Shown here: piece after piece, positions 1-9,720 of the stretch | Layout of the letters: each line of letters starts with the position of its first letter | How positions within the stretch are numbered: the stretch's first letter is position 1 | Origin: a virus | Direction: 5' to 3' (one strand) | Length of the DNA stretch: 64,000 nucleotides | IMG/VR virus record: IMGVR_UViG_3300034022_000350 | Location: 3,072-67,071 of that record | Program-made: the position numbers and the translations under genes | Notes under the pieces: generated by a model | Databases searched by the model: none | What the model saw: the letters and a program-made list of their open reading frames with translations, nothing else | What the model was told of the DNA's origin: nothing

Positions 1-426
1 TATTTCACGTAGTAATGATTTTTCTTCTCTTAGATTTGTAATCTCTTCTTTTAGTCTTTGAATATATAATGTAGCATCCATAAGCTCTTCTTGAACATGA
101 TTAAGCCATGCAAAAACATCAGATTTGTCATCACGTAATGTTTTACCGTATTTTTCAAAGCCTACATCAGACCTATCTACAAATTTGTTTACAACGCATT
201 GTACTACTGGGTCTCTAAATTCAATTTCTTGTTTTGTCATATTTATTTCTTTTTTTCTTTCGTTAAACGCTTTAATTAAATCATATTCAAACCAGGTATA
301 CTTATCTTCCCAAACTATCCAATTGTTTGATTCTTTCCTTCTAAGGATTAGAACTTCTTCCGCTTCTCTAAAATAGTAAATATTTTTAATAATTTCATCT
401 TGCGAATATTCAAAATGCCTATTCAT
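1..426 (-). CDS. Partial protein with a MazG-like/nucleotide pyrophosphohydrolase-type domain (runs off window start; alternative start at 240)
   Basis: Hand translation: open frame from ATG 426, with internal Met at 240, giving ...DRSDVGFEKYGKTL...WLNHVQEELMDATLYI. The EExxD helical motif is typical of all-alpha NTP pyrophosphatases. Confidence 0.6.
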   Translation of the reverse strand, partial: MNRHFEYSQDEIIKNIYYFREAEEVLILRRKESNNWIVWEDKYTWFEYDLIKAFNERKKEINMTKQEIEFRDPVVQCVVNKFVDRSDVGFEKYGKTLRDDKSDVFAWLNHVQEELMDATLYIQRLKEEITNLREEKSLLREI

Positions 427-799
427 ATTTTTTTAAGTAATTTAAACTAGGTTCAATTAAATGCTTTGATTGTTCAAATAATTCTAGAGTTGAATTACAT
501 CTGGGGCATAATATACCCCTAACTTTACCATTTGTATGATTATGATCTATATATCTATCTGACCATTTTAAATTAATATTGCATATCTCACAGTTTTCAG
601 TTTCTTTTAATTTTTTAACTTCATCAAAAGTTATTTTATATCTACTGCTGGCTGACTTTATAGATCTGCATTGCTTACAATCATAACGCCTATATTCATA
701 TCCTTCTTTATTTTTGTATTTGTTTTTAACACTGAATGTTTCAAACTCATATAGAGGCTTTGGTATTTTACAATCTTTACAAATTTTACCTAATTCCAT
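419..799 (-). CDS. Endonuclease VII-like HNH endonuclease
   Basis: CEIC...IDHNHTNGKVRGILCPRCN motif of the T4 gp49/EndoVII family, plus N-terminal CxxC pairs. Confidence 0.85.
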   Translation of the reverse strand: MELGKICKDCKIPKPLYEFETFSVKNKYKNKEGYEYRRYDCKQCRSIKSASSRYKITFDEVKKLKETENCEICNINLKWSDRYIDHNHTNGKVRGILCPRCNSTLELFEQSKHLIEPSLNYLKKYE

Positions 800-800
800 A

Positions 801-1616
801 TTATAGAGTATCTTTCATAAAAGATCCATTAATCATTTTGCCCTTACGGCTTTCAATAACTTGATAAGCTGATACAACGCAATCTTCAACTTTTAAACCT
901 TCTAATGCAGCTAGATTAGTCAATACAACCATCATGTCACCAATAGCATCAATAAGTTCTGGCTTGTCATTTTTAAGAATAGCTCTTGCTAATTCTCCAG
1001 ACTCTTCCATTAGTTTTACATATTGTGTTTTTGCATCTCCATTTCTATATATGCCTCTTTCATCAGCCCATTGTCTAATCAAATCATATACACATGGAGG
1101 TTCTGTTATAGTATCTGGTAATTTTAAATATTGATCTTTGTATTCCATTGCGGGTGTTTTTTTACCCATTGATTTAGCAAACTCATTCATTGCTTTGTTA
1201 TACACATATGACCTAGATGGATTATACATTGAGGTATTAGCATTTTTGACAATCCAATCTATTAAGTCTTCTGTCAATGCATATTTACCAAACTCCGTTT
1301 CTATTTTGAGTTGTTTGTTATCCATTAGATTACCCTTTAACTTGTTAACCGGGCATGGAAAAGTTGTTGTTTGTTCTGTTACATTTAATACCATTTGATC
1401 TCTGTTTTTAATTGTTGTTTTATATAATTCAATATCTTGCTCATAGCCGTATAATGATTGCAATTCTAATTCTCGTTGTGATATATAATCTATATCATTA
1501 CTCTCTTCTAAAATCTCATATTCAGTTGGATGATACCCTTGTCGTGTCTTTAATCTATAATTAATATTACGCGTAACTCCAATCTTTTTACCAAAAACGT
1601 GATAGATAAAATACAT
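801..1616 (-). CDS. MazG-like nucleotide pyrophosphohydrolase with N-terminal extension (possibly GIY-YIG-like)
   Basis: C-terminal KLMEESGELARA...DAIGDMMVVL MazG motif; N-terminal YFIYH...KIGVT. Confidence 0.75.
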   Translation of the reverse strand: MYFIYHVFGKKIGVTRNINYRLKTRQGYHPTEYEILEESNDIDYISQRELELQSLYGYEQDIELYKTTIKNRDQMVLNVTEQTTTFPCPVNKLKGNLMDNKQLKIETEFGKYALTEDLIDWIVKNANTSMYNPSRSYVYNKAMNEFAKSMGKKTPAMEYKDQYLKLPDTITEPPCVYDLIRQWADERGIYRNGDAKTQYVKLMEESGELARAILKNDKPELIDAIGDMMVVLTNLAALEGLKVEDCVVSAYQVIESRKGKMINGSFMKDTL

Positions 1617-1624
1617 AAGCTAGG

Positions 1625-2395
1625 TTAAATGGCCACTTTTGCTGTAATTACTGGGCCGTGTTTATAATTTATTAAGGTTAATGCTCCGTTTTCATAAATA
1701 TACTCTGGAAGATCAAAATTGTCTTGATCCAAATATTCACGTATTGCAGATAGTTGATTGTCGTAAATGTGAGCGTCAATAATTTGCAAGTCAAGTAGGT
1801 TAGGTTTATAACCCGTCCTATCTGCTACATAAATAAGTATCTTACTAAATAATGCAACATCATAAGGTATACCTAAAAACAAATCACCAGATCTTTGTAC
1901 AACAAACATATTAAGTTTATCTCCTTCAACAAAGAATTGGAAATACAAATAACAAGGAGGCAATCGCATTTGATTTAACTGAGCGGGATTCCACAGGCTT
2001 ATAATGTGTCTACGACTGTCTGGATCATCAATTAAACTATTTATAAGCATTTGCATTTGATCTATATTTTGATCATTAAAATTACGCATTTGATGCCCAT
2101 ACACGGGGCCAAGATCTCCATTCTCATCTGCCCAAGCATCCCATATCTTTACACCAGCATCTCTAAATCTTTGTATATTAGTTTCACCATTAATAAACCA
2201 TTTGAATTCTGTATCAAAAGTTTTTTGAAACATCTTTCTACCGGTTATAACAGGAAAATACTTTGAAACATCAATCTTTAAAGAAGCGTTAAATATTGAA
2301 CTACTACCAACTCCAGTGCGATCGTTTCTATGAACGCCCTGTGATAAACATTCCCATAGTATATTTCTGTACTGTGATTCATAACATTCTTCCAT
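1625..2395 (-). CDS. thyA: Thymidylate synthase family protein (possible dCMP methylase/hydroxymethylase)
   Basis: DRTGVG, IWDAWA, LGPVYG, SRRHI, LPPC and QRSGDLFLGIPYD motifs. Confidence 0.9.
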   Translation of the reverse strand: MEECYESQYRNILWECLSQGVHRNDRTGVGSSSIFNASLKIDVSKYFPVITGRKMFQKTFDTEFKWFINGETNIQRFRDAGVKIWDAWADENGDLGPVYGHQMRNFNDQNIDQMQMLINSLIDDPDSRRHIISLWNPAQLNQMRLPPCYLYFQFFVEGDKLNMFVVQRSGDLFLGIPYDVALFSKILIYVADRTGYKPNLLDLQIIDAHIYDNQLSAIREYLDQDNFDLPEYIYENGALTLINYKHGPVITAKVAI

Positions 2396-2396
2396 A

Positions 2397-2735
2397 TTAA
2401 AATAATTTTAGATTATCGGCACTATTTTCAGTTTGCTGCCGTTTTATAGGTTTTTCTTTACTAGGTTTTTCCTTTGGTATATTATTATATTTGTCATAAT
2501 AGTATACATAGAAGTTATACATTTCTTTCCATATCTCTATTTTTTTATATGATTTAGGACTTATATTGTTATTGTTATTTATTGTTATTACTAGACTCCA
2601 ATCAGTTGGGCTATTTGCTTTTGGTGATATAAATATATTATTCTGTATACACCATTTGCATGCTTCCATTTCTTTTATAGAAGCATGATAGTTACCCATG
2701 TCTATACCGTTTTTAGATTTTGATCCACTACCCAT
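2397..2735 (-). CDS. Hypothetical protein
   Basis: ORF tightly packed between the primase-helicase and thyA genes. Confidence 0.7.
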   Translation of the reverse strand: MGSGSKSKNGIDMGNYHASIKEMEACKWCIQNNIFISPKANSPTDWSLVITINNNNNISPKSYKKIEIWKEMYNFYVYYYDKYNNIPKEKPSKEKPIKRQQTENSADNLKLF

Positions 2736-4442
2736 TTATTCCCATGGTAATTTGTCATTAGGATTACTAGTCGGTATGTGCGGGATAAAACAACCGGACT
2801 CGGATTCCCATTTGAAATGACATTCAGCTCCATTCTCGCCTAAGTTTTGGAACTTACATTTAAGAACTTTAACTTTAACAGTCTTCTCTTCATAGTTCCT
2901 ATGAACTAATAAACCATGATAAGATGCATCGTACCATTCACCACCACCTTTAATATTATACATAGTAGGCTCTTCAATATTACCTTTAGAGTCTTTATAC
3001 ATTTTAGTCGGGTGAGCAACAATCATTACTAGCACATCATATTTTTTTGCGAATATTTCTATTTGACTTAAGTATTCTAAAGTATAAACATTGACATCGC
3101 CAGAAGGATCTGCAGATCTTACTTTATTAAATGGATCAATGACTAAGCATTTAATACCTTTACGCTTTACTAACTCTGCGCCTTTACGTAATACAGATTC
3201 TAAAGTATAACGTTCCATGTCAATAAAGAAATAATTATCATTAACATGGTCGGCTACTTGATTCCACTTATCTGTTTTAATGTCTTCTACTTTAGGCATA
3301 CCCTGCCATGTTTTTCGCATCAATTTATGAGCATGCAAATATGTAGGTGTATTCTCAGGTGAAGCATACGCGGTTTTCCAACCATACTTCTCATTGTAAC
3401 CTACAACCATTTGATCTACAAAATCAGATTTACCAGAAGATGGTATGCCGGTGACAGTAATGAACTGACCAGTGTATGTAGAAAAAATACTATCAAAATT
3501 ATCCAAGCCAATTTGGAAACCCGGTTTGAAACCGTTTCTAACAAAATCTGTAACTTCATCTTCAATATCTCTAAATGTTGTAACGTTCTCTAATGGCACA
3601 GGCTTTGATCTACTAATTCTGTTTGACAAAGCTTCTGGTCCATACTTTATTAAATATTCATTAGCATCCTTGCAATCATCAAATGTAGCAATATAACATA
3701 TCTCTGAACCTAATCTTCTAACTAACTCAGTTTGTAATGCTTGACCTGCAGCATCTGAATCAACAGCAATAATGATCTTAGATTTGTCTTCAAAATAGTC
3801 AATGCAATTATCTAGATATTCAAGATTGTTTGTACCCAACGTTGCTCCATTAGGAACAGATATTGCATTAGTAATTCCAGCTTCATGTAATGCAAGAACA
3901 TCCATCTCACCTTCTACAATAACACAATACTCAAAACCAACAATACTATTAATATTATAGAAAATCTTTTCTGCTCCCTTAAACAATTTGAAGTGCTTAT
4001 GTCCATCTCTGTACTTTACATTGATAAGTTGATCGCCAATGAAATAGTTAAAATGTATAGCATTTTCAGTTTTACCAGTCTGTGGCATAAACTCTGGTCC
4101 TTCTGATACTCCTAAGTCATTTAATGTTTGTTCAGATATTCCACGTGTATTAAACCATTCTACTACTTTAGAACTTGGTGGTGTAGTTGCAACAACTGTA
4201 GGTTTGGCATATACTTTTTCGCTTGATCCTTTTCTTTGATATGTATGCAATTGAAATGATTTATTACAGTTATGGCAAGTGCCTAATCCTTTTTCCCAAT
4301 CATATGAAGCACACTTTGCTTTTTGGTTTTTAGGTTCTCTGTTGTGAGAACACAATGGGCATAAGCCTTGGCTTTTCCCTTCCTCTAGTTTATGTTGATT
4401 AAATTGGTCGATCAAGAAACCATTTATTTCTAGTGTTTGCAT
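2736..4442 (-). CDS. T7 gp4/Twinkle-like primase-helicase
   Basis: N-terminal Zn finger (CPLC...CHNC), TOPRIM (VEGEMD, DSDAAG, KDANE), SF4 helicase Walker A GIPSSGKS, IDP, and AHPTK. Confidence 0.95.
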   Translation of the reverse strand: MQTLEINGFLIDQFNQHKLEEGKSQGLCPLCSHNREPKNQKAKCASYDWEKGLGTCHNCNKSFQLHTYQRKGSSEKVYAKPTVVATTPPSSKVVEWFNTRGISEQTLNDLGVSEGPEFMPQTGKTENAIHFNYFIGDQLINVKYRDGHKHFKLFKGAEKIFYNINSIVGFEYCVIVEGEMDVLALHEAGITNAISVPNGATLGTNNLEYLDNCIDYFEDKSKIIIAVDSDAAGQALQTELVRRLGSEICYIATFDDCKDANEYLIKYGPEALSNRISRSKPVPLENVTTFRDIEDEVTDFVRNGFKPGFQIGLDNFDSIFSTYTGQFITVTGIPSSGKSDFVDQMVVGYNEKYGWKTAYASPENTPTYLHAHKLMRKTWQGMPKVEDIKTDKWNQVADHVNDNYFFIDMERYTLESVLRKGAELVKRKGIKCLVIDPFNKVRSADPSGDVNVYTLEYLSQIEIFAKKYDVLVMIVAHPTKMYKDSKGNIEEPTMYNIKGGGEWYDASYHGLLVHRNYEEKTVKVKVLKCKFQNLGENGAECHFKWESESGCFIPHIPTSNPNDKLPWE

Positions 4443-4480
4443 TTACTTTATTTGATTTTATTGTTACTAATGGTAGATAG

Positions 4481-4503
4481 AAAAACCCCAATTAATGGGG
4501 TTT
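4481..4503 (-). terminator. Intrinsic terminator-like hairpin upstream of the primase-helicase gene
   Basis: Minus strand AAACCCCA-TTAAT-TGGGGTTT followed by TT. Confidence 0.55.
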
Positions 4504-4701
4504 AACTAACTACAGTGGGTTGTTGGGCAAAGGTTCAAAAACCTTCACAGCACATAAAAGTCGATTCTTAATTGTAACCTCTGCAGTGGTGCCGACTACC
4601 GCCACTATTTGCGTTCTATTGAAAAAGGAAGTTAGTGCGCCTATACCTAAAAAAGACTTAAAGGCTGCTCTTACGGTAAGCGCTATAAGTACAATTATAT
4701 T

Positions 4702-5016
4702 CTAGAACGGTAAATCATCCATTGGAGCTGCAGATTTTTGTGTCGCAGGAGCAGGTTGGCCGTCAGTTCTTGGTGCAACAGCAACATTATCCCCATTCGT
4801 CCATACCACTTTAACATTTCCAAGGTATACTTTAGCTGCTTTAGCATCTCTTTCTTCTTTTGATTGTTCAACCATCACTGGTCCTTGATTTCCAAATTGA
4901 TCCACTTCGTCATTCAAAGTTATTGTAATGGGTAGGTATTTTCCTTTTTTGCCATCAATAATTTTGTGTTTAGGAATCTCATTCAAATTAATACTTGCTT
5001 TAATAATACTTGCCAT
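4702..5016 (-). CDS. Single-stranded DNA-binding protein-like
   Basis: Small protein with an acidic DDLPF C-terminal tail, next to ERF and exonuclease genes. Confidence 0.65.
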   Translation of the reverse strand: MASIIKASINLNEIPKHKIIDGKKGKYLPITITLNDEVDQFGNQGPVMVEQSKEERDAKAAKVYLGNVKVVWTNGDNVAVAPRTDGQPAPATQKSAAPMDDLPF

Positions 5017-5034
5017 AATTCTCGTTTTTTGTTT

Positions 5035-5769
5035 TTAGTTAAGGGTTTTTGTAATTAAGTATTGTTGTGGTTCAAATCCGTCTGTTCTATAAAATAAATC
5101 ATAAGCTTCTACCGCACGTTTAACTTTGTCTTCGCCTGTTGATAAAAAGTTATCTGAACAATCAAATATACCTATCTGATTTGTTGTCTTATCTATAGCC
5201 ATAAAGATCATATCATATCCAAATAATTGTTTATAGATATATGCTTGACTATCATAGTTATACTTCTTTGCAGAATATGGGAACGCAGATAAGTCAGACG
5301 TAGTTTTCAAATCTATAATCAAACCTTCGTCATGGTTTATAATATCCGCTTTACCTTTCCACATTGCTCCAAATAATTCAGCTACACCAGGTGTTTCATA
5401 TTCAACATTAAAGCCTCTTATTAATTCACTACATATTTTATTAGCAAGCATTGTATCTTTCATTAGTTCTATCTTGTCTGCTTCATGTTGCAGCAAACAA
5501 ATTTCGCCATCGGATAATTCTTTATACTTGTTAGTATTTCTAGTAGATGCATCTATGATCTTATATTTATGTAGCTTATCTGGTTCTAATATTGCAGTAT
5601 GAAAGTAACCACCAATAACAAAGTTTGGATTTGGAGGTTGTGGCTCATGCAACAATAACGGATTAGTAAGCAATGCAGATATGTTTGAGTTGCTTAAAAA
5701 GTTTTTACCAAAGGACCCGTAATAATGCTCATCTTCTTTTAATTTTTCTAGTATTTCTTCTTTTGTCAT
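5035..5769 (-). CDS. PD-(D/E)xK exonuclease (RecE/exonuclease VIII-like)
   Basis: GGYFHTAILEP, KGKADII, IIDLKTT and YDSQAYIY motifs; likely start MTKEEIL at 5769. Confidence 0.85.
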   Translation of the reverse strand: MTKEEILEKLKEDEHYYGSFGKNFLSNSNISALLTNPLLLHEPQPPNPNFVIGGYFHTAILEPDKLHKYKIIDASTRNTNKYKELSDGEICLLQHEADKIELMKDTMLANKICSELIRGFNVEYETPGVAELFGAMWKGKADIINHDEGLIIDLKTTSDLSAFPYSAKKYNYDSQAYIYKQLFGYDMIFMAIDKTTNQIGIFDCSDNFLSTGEDKVKRAVEAYDLFYRTDGFEPQQYLITKTLN

Positions 5770-5770
5770 A

Positions 5771-6355
5771 TTATAGTTTTGATAGGATTGAGGCAGCTTC
5801 TGGTGATAAATCATATTTCTTTTTAATTGTATCAATAGATCCGCCGTTAACAATGAACTGTTCTGCTTTATCAAAAGCTTCGTCATTTGGTGTTAATAAC
5901 ACTTTTTTAGTTTTAACTTCAGGTTCAGCTTTACCATGATCAGGGTCTTGAGTATCATCAATCAAGAATAGATTACCTAATGCATACTTCTTACCATAAC
6001 TAGATGCTGATCCAAACTTCTGTGGCATCTGCATACCTTTTTGCTCAAGATCAACCCCAACAATTGCTGTTGCAGTTATTGATGATATGCCATCTGAAAT
6101 TCTAGCAATTGATTCTAGCATTGGGAATTGTAAAAATGAGCTTTCCAATAGTTTTTCATTAATTGTTACTGATACACCTAGTCTTAATAAATACGGCTTA
6201 GTAGCTTCTAAGATATCTTCTGCTGACCTAAAATTGTACTTACCAAATGAATTGAATCTAGATTTTTTAGATTTAAACTCTGTTTGTATTATTGCTAACT
6301 TATCGTTAAGCAAAAAATCTCTTTCTAGTACTTCTTCTTCTTTTTTTGTTGCCAT
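5771..6355 (-). CDS. ERF-family ssDNA annealing protein
   Basis: NSFGKYNFRSAEDIL and GSASSYGKKYALGNLFLIDD...DPD. Confidence 0.9.
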   Translation of the reverse strand: MATKKEEEVLERDFLLNDKLAIIQTEFKSKKSRFNSFGKYNFRSAEDILEATKPYLLRLGVSVTINEKLLESSFLQFPMLESIARISDGISSITATAIVGVDLEQKGMQMPQKFGSASSYGKKYALGNLFLIDDTQDPDHGKAEPEVKTKKVLLTPNDEAFDKAEQFIVNGGSIDTIKKKYDLSPEAASILSKL

Positions 6356-6384
6356 ATATTTGATTTAATTGGTTAGTGTTCTTA

Positions 6385-6404
6385 TTAATATAATTACGTA
6401 TTTT
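6385..6404 (-). promoter_or_regulatory. Candidate middle/late promoter (AATACGTAAT class)
   Basis: Minus strand AAAATACGTAATTATATTAA upstream of the ERF operon; resembles sites at 18548, 28973, 42245 and 50399. Confidence 0.4.
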
Positions 6405-6424
6405 CTATTTGTTTTACTTTTAAC

Positions 6425-7189
6425 TTATAGGTAATCAAGGACTTGGGAGGAATCTACATTATCAATCAGCTTTTTAATTGCTTGCTTTTTTATCTCTGAA
6501 ATTCTAACATAAGCACTTGCGCCTTCAATGCCTAAATAGTCTGCAATTTGATTTGCAGAATGTTTATCACAGTCTAAACCATAACTCAAACGCAGTACAT
6601 CATATTCATTACCATCTAAATGTTTTTTAAGCAAACTAGTTAGATATAAATTCATTAAGACTACATTGTATGGTTCTGATTGATCTGCTATCTGATAAAA
6701 CGTGTTATCATCATCTTCATCATTCATTTGTTCATCAATACTTAGGAATATAGAATTAAAAAACATAGCTACTAATACGTGATCATTGTTGTTGTCTTTG
6801 CGTATTTCATTTAGCTTATGCTCTGGAATTTTAATAGAGCCTCTATTGATGTCTATGGATCTACGTATGGAGCCTTTGATTCTTTTTGATAGGAATGACT
6901 TCAATGTTGATTCTTTATCATTAGAAGTGTTGATTGTGTCCCACTCTAGTTTATCAATTGCTTGTATTAATCCAATAGATCCTGATTGTATTAAGTCTGT
7001 AATATCTAGTACACCACATGCTTGCGTTGTAGTTGAAAACTTTTTAGATATATTTTCTACAAGTGGTAAGAACTTTGCAATTAACTGATCTCGTGGGTAT
7101 GATTGAAAATCATTATTTAAACTATTCTTATTAGTTTCTTTAATGTCTTCTTTATACCTAATGTAATTTTGTACGTTATAACTTTTCAT
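6425..7189 (-). CDS. Sigma70-family RNA polymerase sigma factor
   Basis: Region 2 (RDQLIAKFLPLV, DLIQSGSIGLIQAIDK), IKIPEHK, and region 4 (VLRLSYGLD...IADYLG...RISEIKKQAIKKL). Confidence 0.9.
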   Translation of the reverse strand: MKSYNVQNYIRYKEDIKETNKNSLNNDFQSYPRDQLIAKFLPLVENISKKFSTTTQACGVLDITDLIQSGSIGLIQAIDKLEWDTINTSNDKESTLKSFLSKRIKGSIRRSIDINRGSIKIPEHKLNEIRKDNNNDHVLVAMFFNSIFLSIDEQMNDEDDDNTFYQIADQSEPYNVVLMNLYLTSLLKKHLDGNEYDVLRLSYGLDCDKHSANQIADYLGIEGASAYVRISEIKKQAIKKLIDNVDSSQVLDYL

Positions 7190-7358
7190 AATTTATTTTG
7201 TTGTTAAATTCTTCAAATGCTTCTGATATAGTGCTTTGATGGAAACCAATAATTAGTAACAGGCTATTTATTATATCTATGTAATCTTCCATTGATAGGT
7301 CGTCATGATCAACCTCAGTTGTATATTTTTTACCGTAATTCTCTATTGATATTTTCAT
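7176..7358 (-). CDS. Hypothetical protein
   Basis: Packed ORF in the minus-strand operon. Confidence 0.6.
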   Translation of the reverse strand: MKISIENYGKKYTTEVDHDDLSMEDYIDIINSLLLIIGFHQSTISEAFEEFNNKINYEKL

Positions 7359-7591
7359 AGTTTTTGTATTTCTTGTTTAACTTCTTGCCAATATTCTTTT
7401 GTATATTCTGTTATGTTCTCTTTATAATAAGGATGCTTATTCGTTTCTCTAATGTAAGGCATAAAAATATGAATTGCTAGTAAAGAGCACACTTTAGCAT
7501 CTTCCATCGCTTCTTCATCGTGCATTAAATTAGCTCTGAGGTATATCCAATACTCTTTAAATATTTCCTCTGCTTTTTGTTTTGGTGTCAT
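7355..7591 (-). CDS. Hypothetical protein (MTPKxKAEE family)
   Basis: Paralogous to the adjacent ORF (AKxCxL.A, VKxEIxKL). Confidence 0.7.
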   Translation of the reverse strand: MTPKQKAEEIFKEYWIYLRANLMHDEEAMEDAKVCSLLAIHIFMPYIRETNKHPYYKENITEYTKEYWQEVKQEIQKL

Positions 7592-7824
7592 AGTTTTTCT
7601 ATTTCTATTTTTACATCAATATAAAAATTATATATTTCATCTTTTGCATAAAAAGCTGCTTTTAAAACTTCATTAACTGCTATTAATGCACATTTTTTAG
7701 CGTGTGATATAACTTCATCATCAAACATTCTTTGGTCGTAATACGTATTCCAATAAAATGTTGTATTATCTTCAATTCTTAAATATTCGTTAACTAACTC
7801 TTCTGCTTTTTTATTTGGCGTCAT
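7588..7824 (-). CDS. Hypothetical protein (MTPKxKAEE family)
   Basis: Paralogous to 7355..7591. Confidence 0.7.
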   Translation of the reverse strand: MTPNKKAEELVNEYLRIEDNTTFYWNTYYDQRMFDDEVISHAKKCALIAVNEVLKAAFYAKDEIYNFYIDVKIEIEKL

Positions 7825-7829
7825 AATAA

Positions 7830-8078
7830 TTATATTAATGCAATTAGCTTCTCAACCCTAATTAATTCTTTGTAAACATTTTCAATATCAGGAATAGGTC
7901 TTAAACATTCATTCAAATATTTATCTAATACCTGCGATAATTTTGGATAGTACCATCTGTCTTTTTGCATATAATTTTTCTTTGTTTTTTCATTATATGC
8001 TTCTTTTTCAAAAATTAAAACAAAATTGTTTTCATCTTTTTCTACTTTGTAATTCTCGTCTAATTTTAATGGTGTCAT
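7830..8078 (-). CDS. Hypothetical protein
   Basis: Packed ORF. Confidence 0.65.
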   Translation of the reverse strand: MTPLKLDENYKVEKDENNFVLIFEKEAYNEKTKKNYMQKDRWYYPKLSQVLDKYLNECLRPIPDIENVYKELIRVEKLIALI

Positions 8079-8698
8079 ATGTTTTGATTTAATAGTTCTT
8101 TTTCTTTTTTTAATTCATTGCCAATATTACGGTGTATTGTTCTTGATGTACAACCAAAATGATCAGCTAACTTTTTTATAGTAATCTTTATTGCAAGGTC
8201 GTGCATGTATAGCATCGCATCGTAAATATCGGATTCATTAATCTTTTTTGTTTTACCAATCATCTTACCAACTATAGATAGCTTCTCATTAAGTGTAAGA
8301 TTGCTGTTGTCGTTAAATATAATCTTTCTTACTTTATTATGAGGAGGAGTTTCTAGATCTTGTAAAGATACATCGTACATCATGCTTTGTAGTAATTGCT
8401 CACTAACATTAAATGTAATAAAACCATTTTCTTTATTGCATATATGCCTAACGATTGTTTCAAACTCATTCTGATCAAGATTAGGATTAAGATACCAGAT
8501 AACATACAAATGCCATTTCAATGCTTTAAATGTTGTTATTTTGGCTTTGCTTCTAAACAACTCATAACATTCTGTTGTACCACTTTCATAGAAAGATCCC
8601 CATTCAAACTCTTGCGTTGGTTTATCATTAATTGGTGCTCTTCTATATATCACTCTTCGTTTGTTTAAAAATTCTGTGTTTCTGTTATAGTGCGACAT
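8075..8698 (-). CDS. DNA-binding protein with C-terminal HTH (possible PriCT-like plus HTH initiator/regulator)
   Basis: ITIKKLADHFGCTSRTIHRNI HTH; central LNPNLDQNEFETIVRHI segment. Confidence 0.7.
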   Translation of the reverse strand: MSHYNRNTEFLNKRRVIYRRAPINDKPTQEFEWGSFYESGTTECYELFRSKAKITTFKALKWHLYVIWYLNPNLDQNEFETIVRHICNKENGFITFNVSEQLLQSMMYDVSLQDLETPPHNKVRKIIFNDNSNLTLNEKLSIVGKMIGKTKKINESDIYDAMLYMHDLAIKITIKKLADHFGCTSRTIHRNIGNELKKEKELLNQNI

Positions 8699-8738
8699 TA
8701 GCTTGCTATTTTATTATATTAATTAGCTAGTGTCACAT
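8690..8738. repeat. Inverted-repeat site 1 (13-bp arms, AT-rich spacer)
   Basis: GTGCGACATTAGC-N23-GCTAGTGTCACAT, overlapping the HTH gene start. Confidence 0.8.
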
Positions 8739-8801
8739 TTTATTACTAGACCTAGTCGTTGCTTCATGAGGTACATAATATTTTTTTATTTCTTATACTA
8801 G

Positions 8802-8834
8802 TATTATCAACTACTAATCGTGTTGTGATTGTAA
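8802..8834 (-). promoter_or_regulatory. 33-bp early promoter-like repeat, copy 1
   Basis: Minus strand TTACAATCACAACACGA-N7-TTGATAATA. Confidence 0.7.
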
Positions 8835-9071
8835 GAACTTTTTAATATCACCTATAGTATATATACCCTGTGCACTATTATCTAAAGGAAATACTCTAGT
8901 ATCATCTGGTAATAATTCAGCAATTGCATTCATCCACCTGCTATTATTCATTGATCTGAAGAATATTTTCTCAAAAAATGATGTATTTATGTAATCAAGT
9001 AACTCACCGTCTTCATCAACTAATTTATCTAAATCCACTTTTCTTTGCGGTATTCCAAATGTTGTACTCAT
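8814..9071 (-). CDS. Hypothetical protein
   Basis: Packed ORF whose C-terminus LQSQHD is encoded by the repeat. Confidence 0.65.
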   Translation of the reverse strand: MSTTFGIPQRKVDLDKLVDEDGELLDYINTSFFEKIFFRSMNNSRWMNAIAELLPDDTRVFPLDNSAQGIYTIGDIKKFLQSQHD

Positions 9072-9274
9072 AATTCTTCGTCTGTTATATCTTTTCTTTG
9101 TTGTAATATTTGAAGCAATCTATCTGCTGTTAAAACATATCCAGCTAATGATTCTTCAGTTCCAAATTTTCCGCAATCTCTATAAAAATCAATATGTACT
9201 ATAGTATTTTCGCTAAATGTTTTTATTTCAAAAGTTGTTGTTTGTTCTATTTTTGGTTTGTATAATAAACTCAT
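9068..9274 (-). CDS. Hypothetical protein
   Basis: Packed ORF. Confidence 0.6.
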   Translation of the reverse strand: MSLLYKPKIEQTTTFEIKTFSENTIVHIDFYRDCGKFGTEESLAGYVLTADRLLQILQQRKDITDEEL

Positions 9275-9498
9275 AATCCTTTCTCTTTTTTATAAATTTC
9301 TAATAGTTGTTTTGTTGTTAATTTATCATCATTCCAACTTTCTTGTATTACAAACCACTCTGCAAATCCAATAGCAAATTCATCTTGTTTTTGCTTTTCC
9401 ATTTCTTTGGCTTGTTCTAAAATATTATTTGAAAATACAAATCCAAATTCAGTTTTTAATTTTTCTGTTAACCATTCTACTGCTGTCATCTTATTCAT
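9271..9498 (-). CDS. Hypothetical protein (TAVEWL family)
   Basis: Packed ORF with TAVEWL...QAKEMEKQ. Confidence 0.65.
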   Translation of the reverse strand: MNKMTAVEWLTEKLKTEFGFVFSNNILEQAKEMEKQKQDEFAIGFAEWFVIQESWNDDKLTTKQLLEIYKKEKGL

Positions 9499-9720
9499 CT
9501 TTAAATGTTTCTTTTAATAACTCACACATATGTAATGCTGAAATGACTTTGGGGCAAGTAGGACAAGGTTCAATACTGTTTTTTACGTATGTACACATAA
9601 TTATTTCTTTTTAAATTGTTAATATTCCAAATAATAAAAAAACAAAAAAAACAATTAATCCACCATATACAACAATAGATAACCCCCATTCTTTTATAAA
9701 TTTTTCCATCTTATTTCTTT

